Source of the DNA: a candidate division WOR-3 bacterium
GTDB taxonomy: Bacteria > Hydrothermota > Tepidihabitantia > Tepidihabitantales > Tepidihabitantaceae
Length of the DNA: 64,000 nucleotides
Assembly (NCBI GenBank): GCA_965648905.1
Contig: CBFGIT010000008.1
Span: 22,255-86,254, forward strand
Direction: 5' to 3'
In this document: one piece after another, positions 45,765-54,956 of the stretch
Position numbering within the stretch: the first letter of the stretch is position 1
Layout: the number at the start of each line of letters is the position of its first letter
Notes under the pieces: generated by a model
What the model was told of the DNA's origin: nothing
The model's input: only the letters and a program-made list of their open reading frames with translations
Databases searched by the model: none
Made by a program: the position numbers and the translations under genes

Positions 45765-48629
45765 CTACCTTACCAGCACGAACCGGGCAACGTGGCGATG
45801 GAAGGTGGTGTGGAGGACCGCGGCGTACAGGCCGGCCGCAACCGGTTTGCCGGCCTGATTCCTGCCGTCCCAGAACGCGCCCGCTGCTTCAAGCGTGGCC
45901 TTGTCGCCCGACGCACCGTACCGACCCGGCCGCGACAGCACTGCTCCGTTCAGGACCGACTCATACACCATCACACCGGATGACGAGTAGACCCTGAGCT
46001 TGGCATCGGTAACCGGACGGGTCAGATTGATTGGAAAGTAGACCCGGTTGTGCTCAGTCGGGACAAAAGGATTCGGGAAGATCGTGCCGATGCCGTCACC
46101 GACGATATCAGGAGTCTCTGGCCCAGGCGGATAAAGCCGGTACACCGAATCGACCCTGGGCACGCCGTAACCGAAGGTGCAGCTCTTCACCGAACGCGTG
46201 GCAGTCGCGAAGAGCACGGCTTTCACCGACTCGGCACTCCACTGTGGTCGTACTTCTTTCACCAGCGCACACACGCCGGCCACCAGAGCGGTCGCACAAG
46301 AAGTACCGACCGCGCCGTCCAGCCAGTCGAGCGAATCCGGAGCGACCACTGCCACTGTGTCGCACAGCGCCACCAGGTCAGGCTTAGTGCGGCCGTCCGC
46401 CGTTGGTCCGGTTCCGGTGTGGCGCCACGGAGTCAGGTTTTTCTGGACTCCGCCGACCGTGATAACATTCTCAGCATCGCCCGGTGTGACGATGTAGGGC
46501 CCGGGCCAGGGGTTGACCGTCGTATCCCGGTTGCCCATGGCCGTGACCACGACCACGCCGCGGCGGGCAGCAAGGTCGGCGGCAATTGAGACCAGCGCGG
46601 TCTTGCCGTCGAGCTGGCTCGGTGAGTACCAGCCGCGATAACCGAGCGAAGACGAGACGATATCAGCACCGATGCGCTCGGCCCACTCCAGCGCCTCAAT
46701 ATAGGTATCTTCTTCCATGTTGTACTCGTAGAAACGGTTGGAGCGAACCTTGTACAGCTCGGTCTTGGCAACAATCAGGTCAACACCAGGTGCAATACCG
46801 ACCAGCCCGCCCTGCTGCCAGCCGGCAATGATTGACGCCATGCGTGTACCGTGGTCCGGCTGCTGAGGTGAGAACTTGGCCGTATCTGAATCTTCCCAGA
46901 CCGTGTTGTCGTCTCCGCGCTTGAACCAGACCGCCAGTTCACTCTGACCCGTCCCGACCAGTGCCGGCATGTAGCAGAACCCGGCAGTGTCGAGTGGCCC
47001 GGTCCTGCTCCAGGATACTCCGTCGTCAGTTGACTGCGCACGGTAGAGCAATCCGCCGGTCTCATAGAGTACCGAAAGCCGGCCCGCCTGGTCCTGCCTG
47101 GGACTGAAACTGCCGACCGACAGCGTGCTCTCAGCCACAAGACCGGCCTGAGCCCAGTTCTGCCCCCGGTCGCGCGATACCAGCAGGGCAAGACGCACCA
47201 GGCCGTTTTCCGATTCATTCTTGTAGTAAAGAGACAGGTTGTCACCATTCTGCGTTAGGCGGCAGGCTCGCGCCCCAACAGCGGCCAGCTCACGACCGGG
47301 TCCAAAACTCACGCCGCCGTCGGTCGAACTGAACTGCAGTAGCCGACCGGACTTGTACCCGTTGGCAACGATGTCAATGCTGCCGCCCGGTCCGACCGCG
47401 ACCTGAGGGTATGCCACCGGCTCGCCAGCACTGAACACATTCGCCAGCAGCGGCTCGGGCGCGGGCATGACAATCGATGCTTTCCAGAGCACCAGCAGCG
47501 ATTCAGCCCGGACCGCTGTGACATAGAGCGTGTCCCCGGCAACCGCGATGCCGGGAAAGCGTCCTGAACCCAGGTACATGCTCGTCCCATACCAGTCTGT
47601 GCCGATGTACCAACCGAGATAGACATTAGCACTGGCATCGGCTCCGGCCGGGGCCAGCTCGTCATAGACAAGGTAGGAAGTGAACCGGTTCGTCGCAAAG
47701 TTGAGATTCTCACAGGTGTTGTCGAACGGCCTGGACCGGACAATCGGGGTCGGGTCTGACCAGGTTCGGCCGGCATCAGTGGTGTGGCAGGTGAAGATGA
47801 CCCGGACCGGCGGGTTGTAGCCATAGGCGAAGCTGTCGGCAACAAAGGCCAGTAGACAGGTATCGATTGAGCCGTTGACCGTGGTGAGTGCCGGGTCGCG
47901 CACCAGACCTAAGTAGCGCAGGTTGTCAATCTGCCCGGGCTGCCAGTTGTCGGAACGGGCCGAGAAGAAGTTGTCGCCCGACAGGAAGTCGTGCTGCTTG
48001 TGGATGCGCAGTCGGGCGACCGCCCGGTTGCGCAGCTTAAGACCGGTATCAAACAGGGCAAGCTTGACGTTCGCGCCCGAGAAACCGCGGAACGCGACCT
48101 CAGGCACACCCATCATCTGCGCCTGGTCAAAGGACGAGCCGTAGAACCGTCGGTATTCCGCGGTGTCGGCCCGGCGCGAATCGAGCGGTTCGAACCGGGC
48201 AAGAGGGAACGTCGGGACGCCGTCGGCCGCATGGACCCCCACCGCCTTGACGTCGTAGACGAACGGCAGCGCGTAGACCGCCGGGACAACTGAGGCCGGC
48301 AGGATGAAGCTCGCCGCATTGAGCCAGTTCGACACTGTCCGCCGACGACCGCCCAGGGCCTCAATTGCACGGACATACTGCTCGCGCACCGGCAGGTCGT
48401 CGAAGTCGAATCCGCCAATCAACTCACGACCACGGCGCGCCGCCACATCCGGCGCGGCCTGAGCCGCAACTGCACTCCGTGCCCGAAGGTAGTCAGCTTC
48501 GCTGAACACGCCCTTGTCCGTGAAGAAGACCCAGACGTGGTTGGTCCGAAGCACCGGGACCTGGGTCTTGTCCGGCACGCGCACCAGGCTTGTGCCGAGA
48601 AGCAGCAGGAAAACAATTGCCGGGTTCAT
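45765..48629 (-). CDS. Secreted subtilisin-like serine peptidase (S8) with T9SS-type C-terminal domain, second copy
   Basis: Signal peptide MNPAIVFLLLLGTSLV. Asp (ALFDTGL), His (DHGTRMASIIAG) and Ser (GTSCATALVAG) motifs. C-terminal ...GLYAAVLHTTFHRHVARFVLVR. Confidence 0.8.
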   Translation of the reverse strand: MNPAIVFLLLLGTSLVRVPDKTQVPVLRTNHVWVFFTDKGVFSEADYLRARSAVAAQAAPDVAARRGRELIGGFDFDDLPVREQYVRAIEALGGRRRTVSNWLNAASFILPASVVPAVYALPFVYDVKAVGVHAADGVPTFPLARFEPLDSRRADTAEYRRFYGSSFDQAQMMGVPEVAFRGFSGANVKLALFDTGLKLRNRAVARLRIHKQHDFLSGDNFFSARSDNWQPGQIDNLRYLGLVRDPALTTVNGSIDTCLLAFVADSFAYGYNPPVRVIFTCHTTDAGRTWSDPTPIVRSRPFDNTCENLNFATNRFTSYLVYDELAPAGADASANVYLGWYIGTDWYGTSMYLGSGRFPGIAVAGDTLYVTAVRAESLLVLWKASIVMPAPEPLLANVFSAGEPVAYPQVAVGPGGSIDIVANGYKSGRLLQFSSTDGGVSFGPGRELAAVGARACRLTQNGDNLSLYYKNESENGLVRLALLVSRDRGQNWAQAGLVAESTLSVGSFSPRQDQAGRLSVLYETGGLLYRAQSTDDGVSWSRTGPLDTAGFCYMPALVGTGQSELAVWFKRGDDNTVWEDSDTAKFSPQQPDHGTRMASIIAGWQQGGLVGIAPGVDLIVAKTELYKVRSNRFYEYNMEEDTYIEALEWAERIGADIVSSSLGYRGWYSPSQLDGKTALVSIAADLAARRGVVVVTAMGNRDTTVNPWPGPYIVTPGDAENVITVGGVQKNLTPWRHTGTGPTADGRTKPDLVALCDTVAVVAPDSLDWLDGAVGTSCATALVAGVCALVKEVRPQWSAESVKAVLFATATRSVKSCTFGYGVPRVDSVYRLYPPGPETPDIVGDGIGTIFPNPFVPTEHNRVYFPINLTRPVTDAKLRVYSSSGVMVYESVLNGAVLSRPGRYGASGDKATLEAAGAFWDGRNQAGKPVAAGLYAAVLHTTFHRHVARFVLVR

Positions 48630-48631
48630 CG

Positions 48632-48943
48632 TCAGTCCCCGGACAGGAATCCGCCGAGCGTGCCGGCCAGACCCAGAACCAGGATGCCGCCCAGTACGAC
48701 CACGACCAGCACGGTGTTGGTAATGCCGAGAATCAAGCAGGTGCGGCCGACCCGCTTTGACTGGTCCGACACGCTGCCGGTAAGCAGCAGGATGCCGTAG
48801 AACAGACCGACCAGCGGATAGAGCAGCGAGAACACATAAAGCCAGGTAACCTGGGTGAGATAAAGGATATCAATCAGGGCGTGCCAGCGGTCGAGTTGAC
48901 GCGGCTGAAGTTGCTGAGTCTCGGTCGGTTCAGCGGTTGTCAT
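48632..48943 (-). CDS. Small integral membrane protein (2-3 TM), hypothetical
   Basis: Hydrophobic segments YLTQVTWLYVFSLLYPLVGLFYGILLL and LVVVVLGGILVLGLAG. 2-nt gap from the upstream peptidase gene. Confidence 0.4.
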   Translation of the reverse strand: MTTAEPTETQQLQPRQLDRWHALIDILYLTQVTWLYVFSLLYPLVGLFYGILLLTGSVSDQSKRVGRTCLILGITNTVLVVVVLGGILVLGLAGTLGGFLSGD

Positions 48944-48973
48944 GGGCCTCCCTTGACCAGGCAGAAAAGAAAG

Positions 48974-49047
48974 TACCCCGCGCCAGAATTGAACTGGCAA
49001 CCCACGGATTAAGAATCCGTTGCTCTACCAAGTTGAGCTAGCGGGGC
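48974..49047 (-). tRNA. tRNA-Lys (anticodon CTT)
   Basis: Hand-folded 74-nt cloverleaf: acceptor GCCCCGC/GCGGGGT, anticodon loop TTCTTAA, T-loop TTCAATT. No encoded CCA. Confidence 0.8.
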
Positions 49048-49067
49048 ACAAGTGCAGTACCACGCGA

Positions 49068-49141
49068 CGCGCCCGGCGCGACTCGAACGCGCAACCTGCG
49101 GGTTCGAAGCCCGACGCTCTGTCCAGTTGAGCTACGGGCGC
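49068..49141 (-). tRNA. tRNA-Arg (anticodon TCG)
   Basis: 74-nt cloverleaf: acceptor GCGCCCG/CGGGCGC, anticodon loop CTTCGAA, T-arm GCGCG-TTCGAGT-CGCGC. One U-C mismatch at the base of the anticodon stem. Confidence 0.75.
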
Positions 49142-49235
49142 TGCTAGAGACGCCTCCGGCCGGTCGCCGGACGTGAAGTGTAACGAAATCCGGCCAGGAT
49201 GCAACCATCGCCGGCGCTGACGAACACAACACGAG

Positions 49236-49310
49236 GGTGAGTGAGGGGACTTGAACCCCCAACATCCTGAGCCACAGTCAGGTACTCTAACCAGTTGAGC
49301 TACACTCACC
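49236..49310 (-). tRNA. tRNA-His (anticodon GTG) with encoded G-1
   Basis: 75 nt: extra 5' G pairing with C73, acceptor GTGAGTG/CACTCAC, anticodon loop CTGTGGC. Confidence 0.85.
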
Positions 49311-49434
49311 ATTGGGGTGTACTGCTAGTATAGCGGACGCCGTTTTGATGTCCAGCGAGCGCGGTTTCCTTTGACGACCGCTGATTTCGCCGCTATATTC
49401 CCGCCGACCGATTCCAACAAAGGAGCCTCAGACT

Positions 49435-50418
49435 ATGAAAACGAAAGAAATGAAACGACTGCTCGTCACCGGCGCTGTCGGCCAGATTGGCTCGGAACTG
49501 ACCCTGGCCCTGCGCCAGCGCTACGGCGCCGACAATGTGATTGCCACCGGCCGCAAGACCGCGCCGAGTCCGGAACTTAAGGACTCCGGCCCGTTCTACT
49601 TCATTGACGTCGCCCAGCGCGAGACTCTGGAAGAGGTCGTGCGCAAACACAACATTGACACGATTGTCCATATGGCCGCCATCCTCTCCGCGGTCGGCGA
49701 GAAGGACCCGATGCGCTGCTGGGACGTCAACATCAACGGCACCCTGGTTGTGCTCGAATGTGCCCGTGCCCACGAAATGGCCCGGGTGATTATCCCCAGC
49801 TCGATTGCCGCTTTCGGCCCTGAGACCCCGCGCGTCAACACGCCGAACGACACGATCCTGAAGCCGCGCACGATGTACGGCATCACCAAGGTCGCGGGCG
49901 AGCTTCTGGGCGACTACTACTTCCGCAAGTACGGACTCGACGTGCGCGGCCTGCGCTATCCGGGCATCATCTCGCACATGACCCTGCCCGGCGGCGGCAC
50001 CACCGACTTTGCGGTCGCCATCTATTTCGAGGCGGTCAAGAACCGGCGCTACACGTGCTTTGTGCGCGAGGACACGCGGCTGCCGATGATGTACATGCCC
50101 GACTGCATCAAGGCAACGATTGACCTGGCCGAGGCCGACCTGTCCCGGCTCGTCCACCACTGCGACTTCAACGTCGGTGCGATGAGCTTCTCGGCCGGCG
50201 AGCTGGCCGCGTCCATCAAGAAGTACATCCCGGACTTCGTCTGCACCTACGAGCCGGACTTCCGTCAGGCAATCGCCGATTCCTGGCCCCAGTCACTCGA
50301 CGATTCGGCCGCCCGCGAAGAATGGGGCTGGAAGCCGTCCTATGACCTCGACGCCATGACCAAAGACATGCTCGACGTTCTGACTCGCCGGCACCAGGCA
50401 GGCAAGCTCGGGTACTAG
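49435..50418 (+). CDS. tdh: NAD-dependent epimerase/dehydratase-family protein, probable L-threonine 3-dehydrogenase (short-chain type)
   Basis: LLVTGAVGQIGSEL Rossmann motif. Extended SDR Tyr-x3-Lys region (YGITKVAGE). Confidence 0.8.
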   Translation: MKTKEMKRLLVTGAVGQIGSELTLALRQRYGADNVIATGRKTAPSPELKDSGPFYFIDVAQRETLEEVVRKHNIDTIVHMAAILSAVGEKDPMRCWDVNINGTLVVLECARAHEMARVIIPSSIAAFGPETPRVNTPNDTILKPRTMYGITKVAGELLGDYYFRKYGLDVRGLRYPGIISHMTLPGGGTTDFAVAIYFEAVKNRRYTCFVREDTRLPMMYMPDCIKATIDLAEADLSRLVHHCDFNVGAMSFSAGELAASIKKYIPDFVCTYEPDFRQAIADSWPQSLDDSAAREEWGWKPSYDLDAMTKDMLDVLTRRHQAGKLGY

Positions 50419-50457
50419 CCTTGACCAGTGCTGTGGTTCTCCTAGACTATTCTCAAC

Positions 50458-50934
50458 GTGCTGTACTTTGAAAAGAAAGACCTGAGTCAGTACTTCAACC
50501 CGGATGGTATCCGGTACTATGAAGGCCGCGGCGAGATTGGGCTCTGCCTGCACCTGCCGCTGGTCAACTACGTTGCCGGCACCTCGCCCGGCGAGGACTA
50601 CATGCTGATGATCGCCGTCGCCAACGACCTGATTGAGTATCTGCTCTACAAGCGGCCGACCAAAGGCCCGGAAGCGTGGGACTACGATGCCGAGAGGGCA
50701 GCCGAAGTCTACACGGTCTGCGGCGACAACCCGAGCATCGCCGGCATCATCATCTACGACCGCAACTTCCTCGGCGGAGCCAAGCTCCAGGTGTTCCTGG
50801 ACAAGACCTTCGGCTCGAACGAAATCGCGATCCGCTGGAAGAATCAGATGGTCGGCGACGAGCGCTTAATCGACGACTACATCGCCTATCTTCAGGAGAC
50901 ACTCCGCAACGGCGGGGCCGGCGCGTCGGCCTGA
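50458..50934 (+). CDS. Hypothetical protein (158 aa), no recognised domain
   Basis: GTG-start ORF with no overlapping alternative. No SD. Function unknown. Confidence 0.45.
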   Translation: MLYFEKKDLSQYFNPDGIRYYEGRGEIGLCLHLPLVNYVAGTSPGEDYMLMIAVANDLIEYLLYKRPTKGPEAWDYDAERAAEVYTVCGDNPSIAGIIIYDRNFLGGAKLQVFLDKTFGSNEIAIRWKNQMVGDERLIDDYIAYLQETLRNGGAGASA

Positions 50935-50950
50935 GCCCCGAAGAGAGACC

Positions 50951-51628
50951 TTGGCTGCTCAAGAACCCGCCGTGATCCTGAGAGCCGTCACCCGGGACCC
51001 GGAAGTCATTGCTCTGGTCGAGGAGGCGGACCGGCAGCTCGCCACGCTCGGCTACACCGAACACGGCCCCCGGCATGCCCGGCTCGTGGCCAAGAACGCC
51101 AAGGCGGTTCTCACCGCGCTGGGATTCGATGAACGCGAAGCCGAGCTGGCCGCGATCGCCGGGTACCTGCACGACATCGGCAACGTCGTCAATCGGGACC
51201 AGCACGAACGCACGAGCGCCCTCCTGGCGCGCGATGTCCTGCTGCGTCTGAGAATGGGCTACGGCGAGGCGGCCCAGGTCATGGCCGCCATCGGTAACCA
51301 CCATGAGGAAGGCGGCAACCCGGTTTCCAACATCTCATCGGCGCTGATTCTTGCCGACAAGGCTGACGTCCACCGGAGCCGGGTGCGCAATCCCGAGCTG
51401 GTGAAGTTCGACATTCACGACCGCGTCAACTATGCGGTGAAGAAATCCGGGCTGAGCGTAGACAAGGCCGGCCGCCGCATCACCTTCGACCTGCAGGTTG
51501 ATACCGCCATCGCGCCGGTGATGGAGTACTTCGAGATCTTCCTCGCCCGGATGCTCATCTCGCGCCGGGCCGCCGACTTCCTTGAGTGCCGCTTCGAGCT
51601 GGTCATCAACGGCACGCGCCTGGTCTAA
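50951..51628 (+). CDS. HD-domain phosphohydrolase-family protein
   Basis: H...HD metal-binding motif (HGPRHA...AGYLHDIGN) and a downstream His (IGNHHEEG). Confidence 0.7.
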   Translation: MAAQEPAVILRAVTRDPEVIALVEEADRQLATLGYTEHGPRHARLVAKNAKAVLTALGFDEREAELAAIAGYLHDIGNVVNRDQHERTSALLARDVLLRLRMGYGEAAQVMAAIGNHHEEGGNPVSNISSALILADKADVHRSRVRNPELVKFDIHDRVNYAVKKSGLSVDKAGRRITFDLQVDTAIAPVMEYFEIFLARMLISRRAADFLECRFELVINGTRLV

Positions 51629-51634
51629 CGCAGC

Positions 51635-53182
51635 CTAGCCGGTCCGATAGACCGAATCGAGCACGGTTCCGTCCACCCACTTGACGACGGCCACAACCTG
51701 GTCAGACAGCTTCGGTCGCGCCGGCCGACCGCACATCCGCTCAATCTCAGCCTTCATCTCCCCGATGTCTCTTATCGGCAACCCCGATCCTTTGATCGCA
51801 TCGCGCAGGTCGGTCCGTCGCGGGTTGATAGCGATGCCCAGCTCGGTGACGACCACGTCGACCAGTTCGCCCGGCCCGACCAACGTGGTGACCCGGTCTA
51901 CGATTATCGGCAGCCGGTCACGCATGGCCGGAACCGCAAGGATAACGCACTTGGCGAAAAGACAGTTCTGCCAGCCGCCGATGCCATGCCGCAGCCTGCC
52001 GTCAGAATGAGTCACCACGTTGGCGTTGAACTCGGTATCGACCTCGGTCGCCGACAGCACAGCAACGTCGAGCAGGTTTATGTAGTTACCCTTGGCATGG
52101 TAGTTGTAGCTCACGAGCGGTGAAATCGACACGTGCCCCCGGTTGACCGCAATCGAGCGCACCGCCTCAAGGTCGAACGCCTGGCCGTCCACCAGCGCTG
52201 GGGCCAGTCCCTGTTCGAGCATCCGGACCAGGTAACGGGTTGTGCCGCCATGTATCCATCCGGCCTTGACACCTTCAGCCTTCATCATGTCGGCAAGGTA
52301 CACGGCAAACGCCAGTGAGATACCACCTGCTCCGCCCTGAAAACTGAACCCGTCCTTCAAGATTCCCGACTCCCTGATGAATCGGGCGACTAGCTCAGCA
52401 ATGTAGAGCCGGTCCGGCGAGCGGGTGACTTCGGTCGTACCGGACATGATTTTCGCCGGGTTGCCGATTGAGTCCTGTTGAACCACAAAGTCGACGTGGG
52501 TTCCGTTGAGCTGAAATGGAATGCAAGGAAACGGAACCAGGTTGTTGGTGACAATCACCGTGCGGTCCGCGTACATCGTGTCTGCGACCGCATAGCCGAG
52601 TACACCGCAGGCAGAGTCACCCTTGATACCGTTGGCATTACCGAACTTGTCTGCCGCCGGCGCGGCCAGGACCGCGATGTCGATGTGAATCTCGCCGTCC
52701 TGAATCGCCTGGGCCCGGCCACCGTGCGACCGCAGAACCCCGAGCCCGCGCATCCGACCCTGGGTGCAGTAATCGCCGAGCGGGCCGTTGAGGCTGCCTT
52801 CGATGTGATGAATGACACCGGCGTCAAGGTGCTTCATGATCGGAGCATGGCATGGAAACGCCGCGGACGGGTACCAGACCAAATCCTTCAGTCCCATCTC
52901 GGCGCAGATGTCAAAGAGCTGCAAAGGCAGGGTGTCGCCGTCGCGGAAGTGATGGTGCGTGGAAATGCACATGCCGTCACGGATGCCGCACTTCTCAAGC
53001 GCAGTGCGCAAGTCCGGCACGGTCTTGTCACCGTTGTCCGGGTAGTCGATACAGGTCGGAATCTGGGGACAGGCCTTGCGCCCCGAAGGCCGATGCTTGC
53101 CCACGCCGGCAAACGGAACCGCGGGTCTGCCATTGACTTCAGTCGGGACCTTTCGGCCCAGCGCGTTCTCAACGAGCTTCAT
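51635..53182 (-). CDS. citF: Citrate lyase alpha subunit-like (citrate CoA-transferase, CitF family)
   Basis: 515 aa CitF-family protein with the two CoA-transferase-like halves. Confidence 0.8.
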   Translation of the reverse strand: MKLVENALGRKVPTEVNGRPAVPFAGVGKHRPSGRKACPQIPTCIDYPDNGDKTVPDLRTALEKCGIRDGMCISTHHHFRDGDTLPLQLFDICAEMGLKDLVWYPSAAFPCHAPIMKHLDAGVIHHIEGSLNGPLGDYCTQGRMRGLGVLRSHGGRAQAIQDGEIHIDIAVLAAPAADKFGNANGIKGDSACGVLGYAVADTMYADRTVIVTNNLVPFPCIPFQLNGTHVDFVVQQDSIGNPAKIMSGTTEVTRSPDRLYIAELVARFIRESGILKDGFSFQGGAGGISLAFAVYLADMMKAEGVKAGWIHGGTTRYLVRMLEQGLAPALVDGQAFDLEAVRSIAVNRGHVSISPLVSYNYHAKGNYINLLDVAVLSATEVDTEFNANVVTHSDGRLRHGIGGWQNCLFAKCVILAVPAMRDRLPIIVDRVTTLVGPGELVDVVVTELGIAINPRRTDLRDAIKGSGLPIRDIGEMKAEIERMCGRPARPKLSDQVVAVVKWVDGTVLDSVYRTG

Positions 53183-54375
53183 GCACTCTCCTTGTCCCAG
53201 CCCGAAACCAGCCGTCCCAGCTTCTCGGCCAGTTCGACCGTGCGCAGGCAGCGCTTCACCACTGGTGCGTCAACCATCTTCGAGCCGACCGCAACCGCGC
53301 CATGACCCTGAGCCCGAGCCTTGCGATAAGCCAGCACCACTTTCCTTGCCTGCTCAACCTCGTCGACCGAAGGCGTGAATGCCTCATTCACCACCGGTAT
53401 CTGACGCGGGTGGACGCAGCCCTTGCCTTCAAACCCGAACTCGCGGGCAACGCGGCAACTGGCCGCCAGTCCTTCGAGGTCATCGACGTTACCGTAGACC
53501 GTATCTATCGGCTGGACCCCGGCCGCCCGGGCTGCATTCACGACCTGGGACCGGGCCCAGACCGTCTCAAGCCCGGCTTGGGTTTTACTTGCGCCGGTGT
53601 CGGCCAGGTAGTCTTCCATTCCCCAGGTCAGGGCTGCGACCCGTTCCGATGCACGGGCAATCCTAGCCGCTTCGAACATACCCTGCGCGGTCTCGATAAT
53701 CGGCATCAACCACACCTCAGTTGAGGCCTGCTTCAATCGCCGGTCCAACTCCTTGATATCGTCCTCAACCTCGCACTTGGGCACAAGTATCAGGTTCGCA
53801 CCCGCCCTGACCAGCGTATCCAGCTCATCCAGGCCGCGCGGCAACTGGTTGACGCGCACCATCCGTTCACAGTCTCCAAAGTCCACGACCCGCAGGGCAT
53901 TGCGGACAAGAACGAGCGCCGCGTCTTTCTCTTCAGGTGGCACCGAATCCTCCAGGTCAAGAATCACCGCGTCTGCGCCGTGGATTCGCGCGTTGACCAT
54001 GAACCGTGCCTCATTGCCTGGCAGATAGAGCCGCGACCGGCGCCAGTGGTCGCGGGCCGAAGGCCGGGCAAAGGTCGGGCCAGCCTCAGGCAGCCATTCC
54101 TTGACTGCCTGGCCCGGCTTTGCCCGCCGAACTGCAGCTTCAAGCCGGGCCATGATAACAAACGGCAGCGCGCCTCTGTCCTCCACCTGCACCTTCGCGT
54201 GCTTGACGCCAAAGAACTCAAGCCCTTCCCTCGCCAGTGCTCTAATACTCTCCCCGTACATCGCCTCGACTTTGCTCTTCACGTCAAGCTGAATGCCGCC
54301 CGACTTCTCCAGCTCGACCGAGACCCAGACGTCGCTTCGGACCCCTTCGCCGCGCAGTCCTGCCTGGCCGGTCAT
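53179..54375 (-). CDS. Fused citrate-lyase acyl-carrier (CitD-like, N-terminal ~95 aa) and citryl-CoA/citramalyl-CoA lyase beta subunit (CitE, HpcH/HpaI aldolase fold)
   Basis: N-terminus aligns to CitD (DRGALPFVIMARLEAAVRRA vs E. coli DKGALDCILRARLEA). Remainder is CitE-like (RSRLYLPGN...DLED). ATGA overlap with the citF-like gene. Confidence 0.75.
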   Translation of the reverse strand: MTGQAGLRGEGVRSDVWVSVELEKSGGIQLDVKSKVEAMYGESIRALAREGLEFFGVKHAKVQVEDRGALPFVIMARLEAAVRRAKPGQAVKEWLPEAGPTFARPSARDHWRRSRLYLPGNEARFMVNARIHGADAVILDLEDSVPPEEKDAALVLVRNALRVVDFGDCERMVRVNQLPRGLDELDTLVRAGANLILVPKCEVEDDIKELDRRLKQASTEVWLMPIIETAQGMFEAARIARASERVAALTWGMEDYLADTGASKTQAGLETVWARSQVVNAARAAGVQPIDTVYGNVDDLEGLAASCRVAREFGFEGKGCVHPRQIPVVNEAFTPSVDEVEQARKVVLAYRKARAQGHGAVAVGSKMVDAPVVKRCLRTVELAEKLGRLVSGWDKESA

Positions 54376-54376
54376 G

Positions 54377-54871
54377 CTAGGCTCCTGCCTTGCGCGCGGC
54401 CAGCTTGCGCCGCGTGAACTCCAGGAGTCCGCCTGCCTCGCAGATCGCGAGAATCTCCTGAGGCAGCTTCGGGAAGGTATAGGTCTTGTCTCCCACCTTT
54501 ATTGTCCCTGCGGCCGCATCCAGCTCAACCGCCATTCCCGGCTCGTACGCATCGACCGCGTCCGGAGCCTCGACCAGAAGCAACCCCTGGTTGATGGCGG
54601 CCCGGTAGAAGATGCGGGCAAAACTCCGGGCAACAATTGCCTGCACACCCACGGCCTTGAGTCCGACAACCGGCTGCTCCCGCGACGACCCGCATCCGAA
54701 GTTCTTGCCTGCCATCACGATGTCGCCCGGCTGCACCGCCTTGGCAAACTCCGGGTCAAGGTCCTCAAGCAGATGCGGCTTAATCTCCTCCGGCTTCGAG
54801 CAGGTATAGGTGTACTTGCCCGGAAAGAGCATGTCGGTATTGATATCGTCACCATACTTCCAGACTCTCAT
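54377..54871 (-). CDS. leuD: Aconitase-family hydro-lyase small subunit (LeuD/HACN-small, archaeal type)
   Basis: 164 aa. GDDINTDMLFPGKY...GKNFGCGSSREQ is the LeuD swivel-domain signature. Confidence 0.85.
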   Translation of the reverse strand: MRVWKYGDDINTDMLFPGKYTYTCSKPEEIKPHLLEDLDPEFAKAVQPGDIVMAGKNFGCGSSREQPVVGLKAVGVQAIVARSFARIFYRAAINQGLLLVEAPDAVDAYEPGMAVELDAAAGTIKVGDKTYTFPKLPQEILAICEAGGLLEFTRRKLAARKAGA

Positions 54872-54956
54872 ACTTCACCTCCACAGGCAATGCCGGTCGG
54901 CTCGGTCAGCTCTGGCTTCTGCATTCTGGCTTCTGGATTCTGCCTACGTCCTGCCA

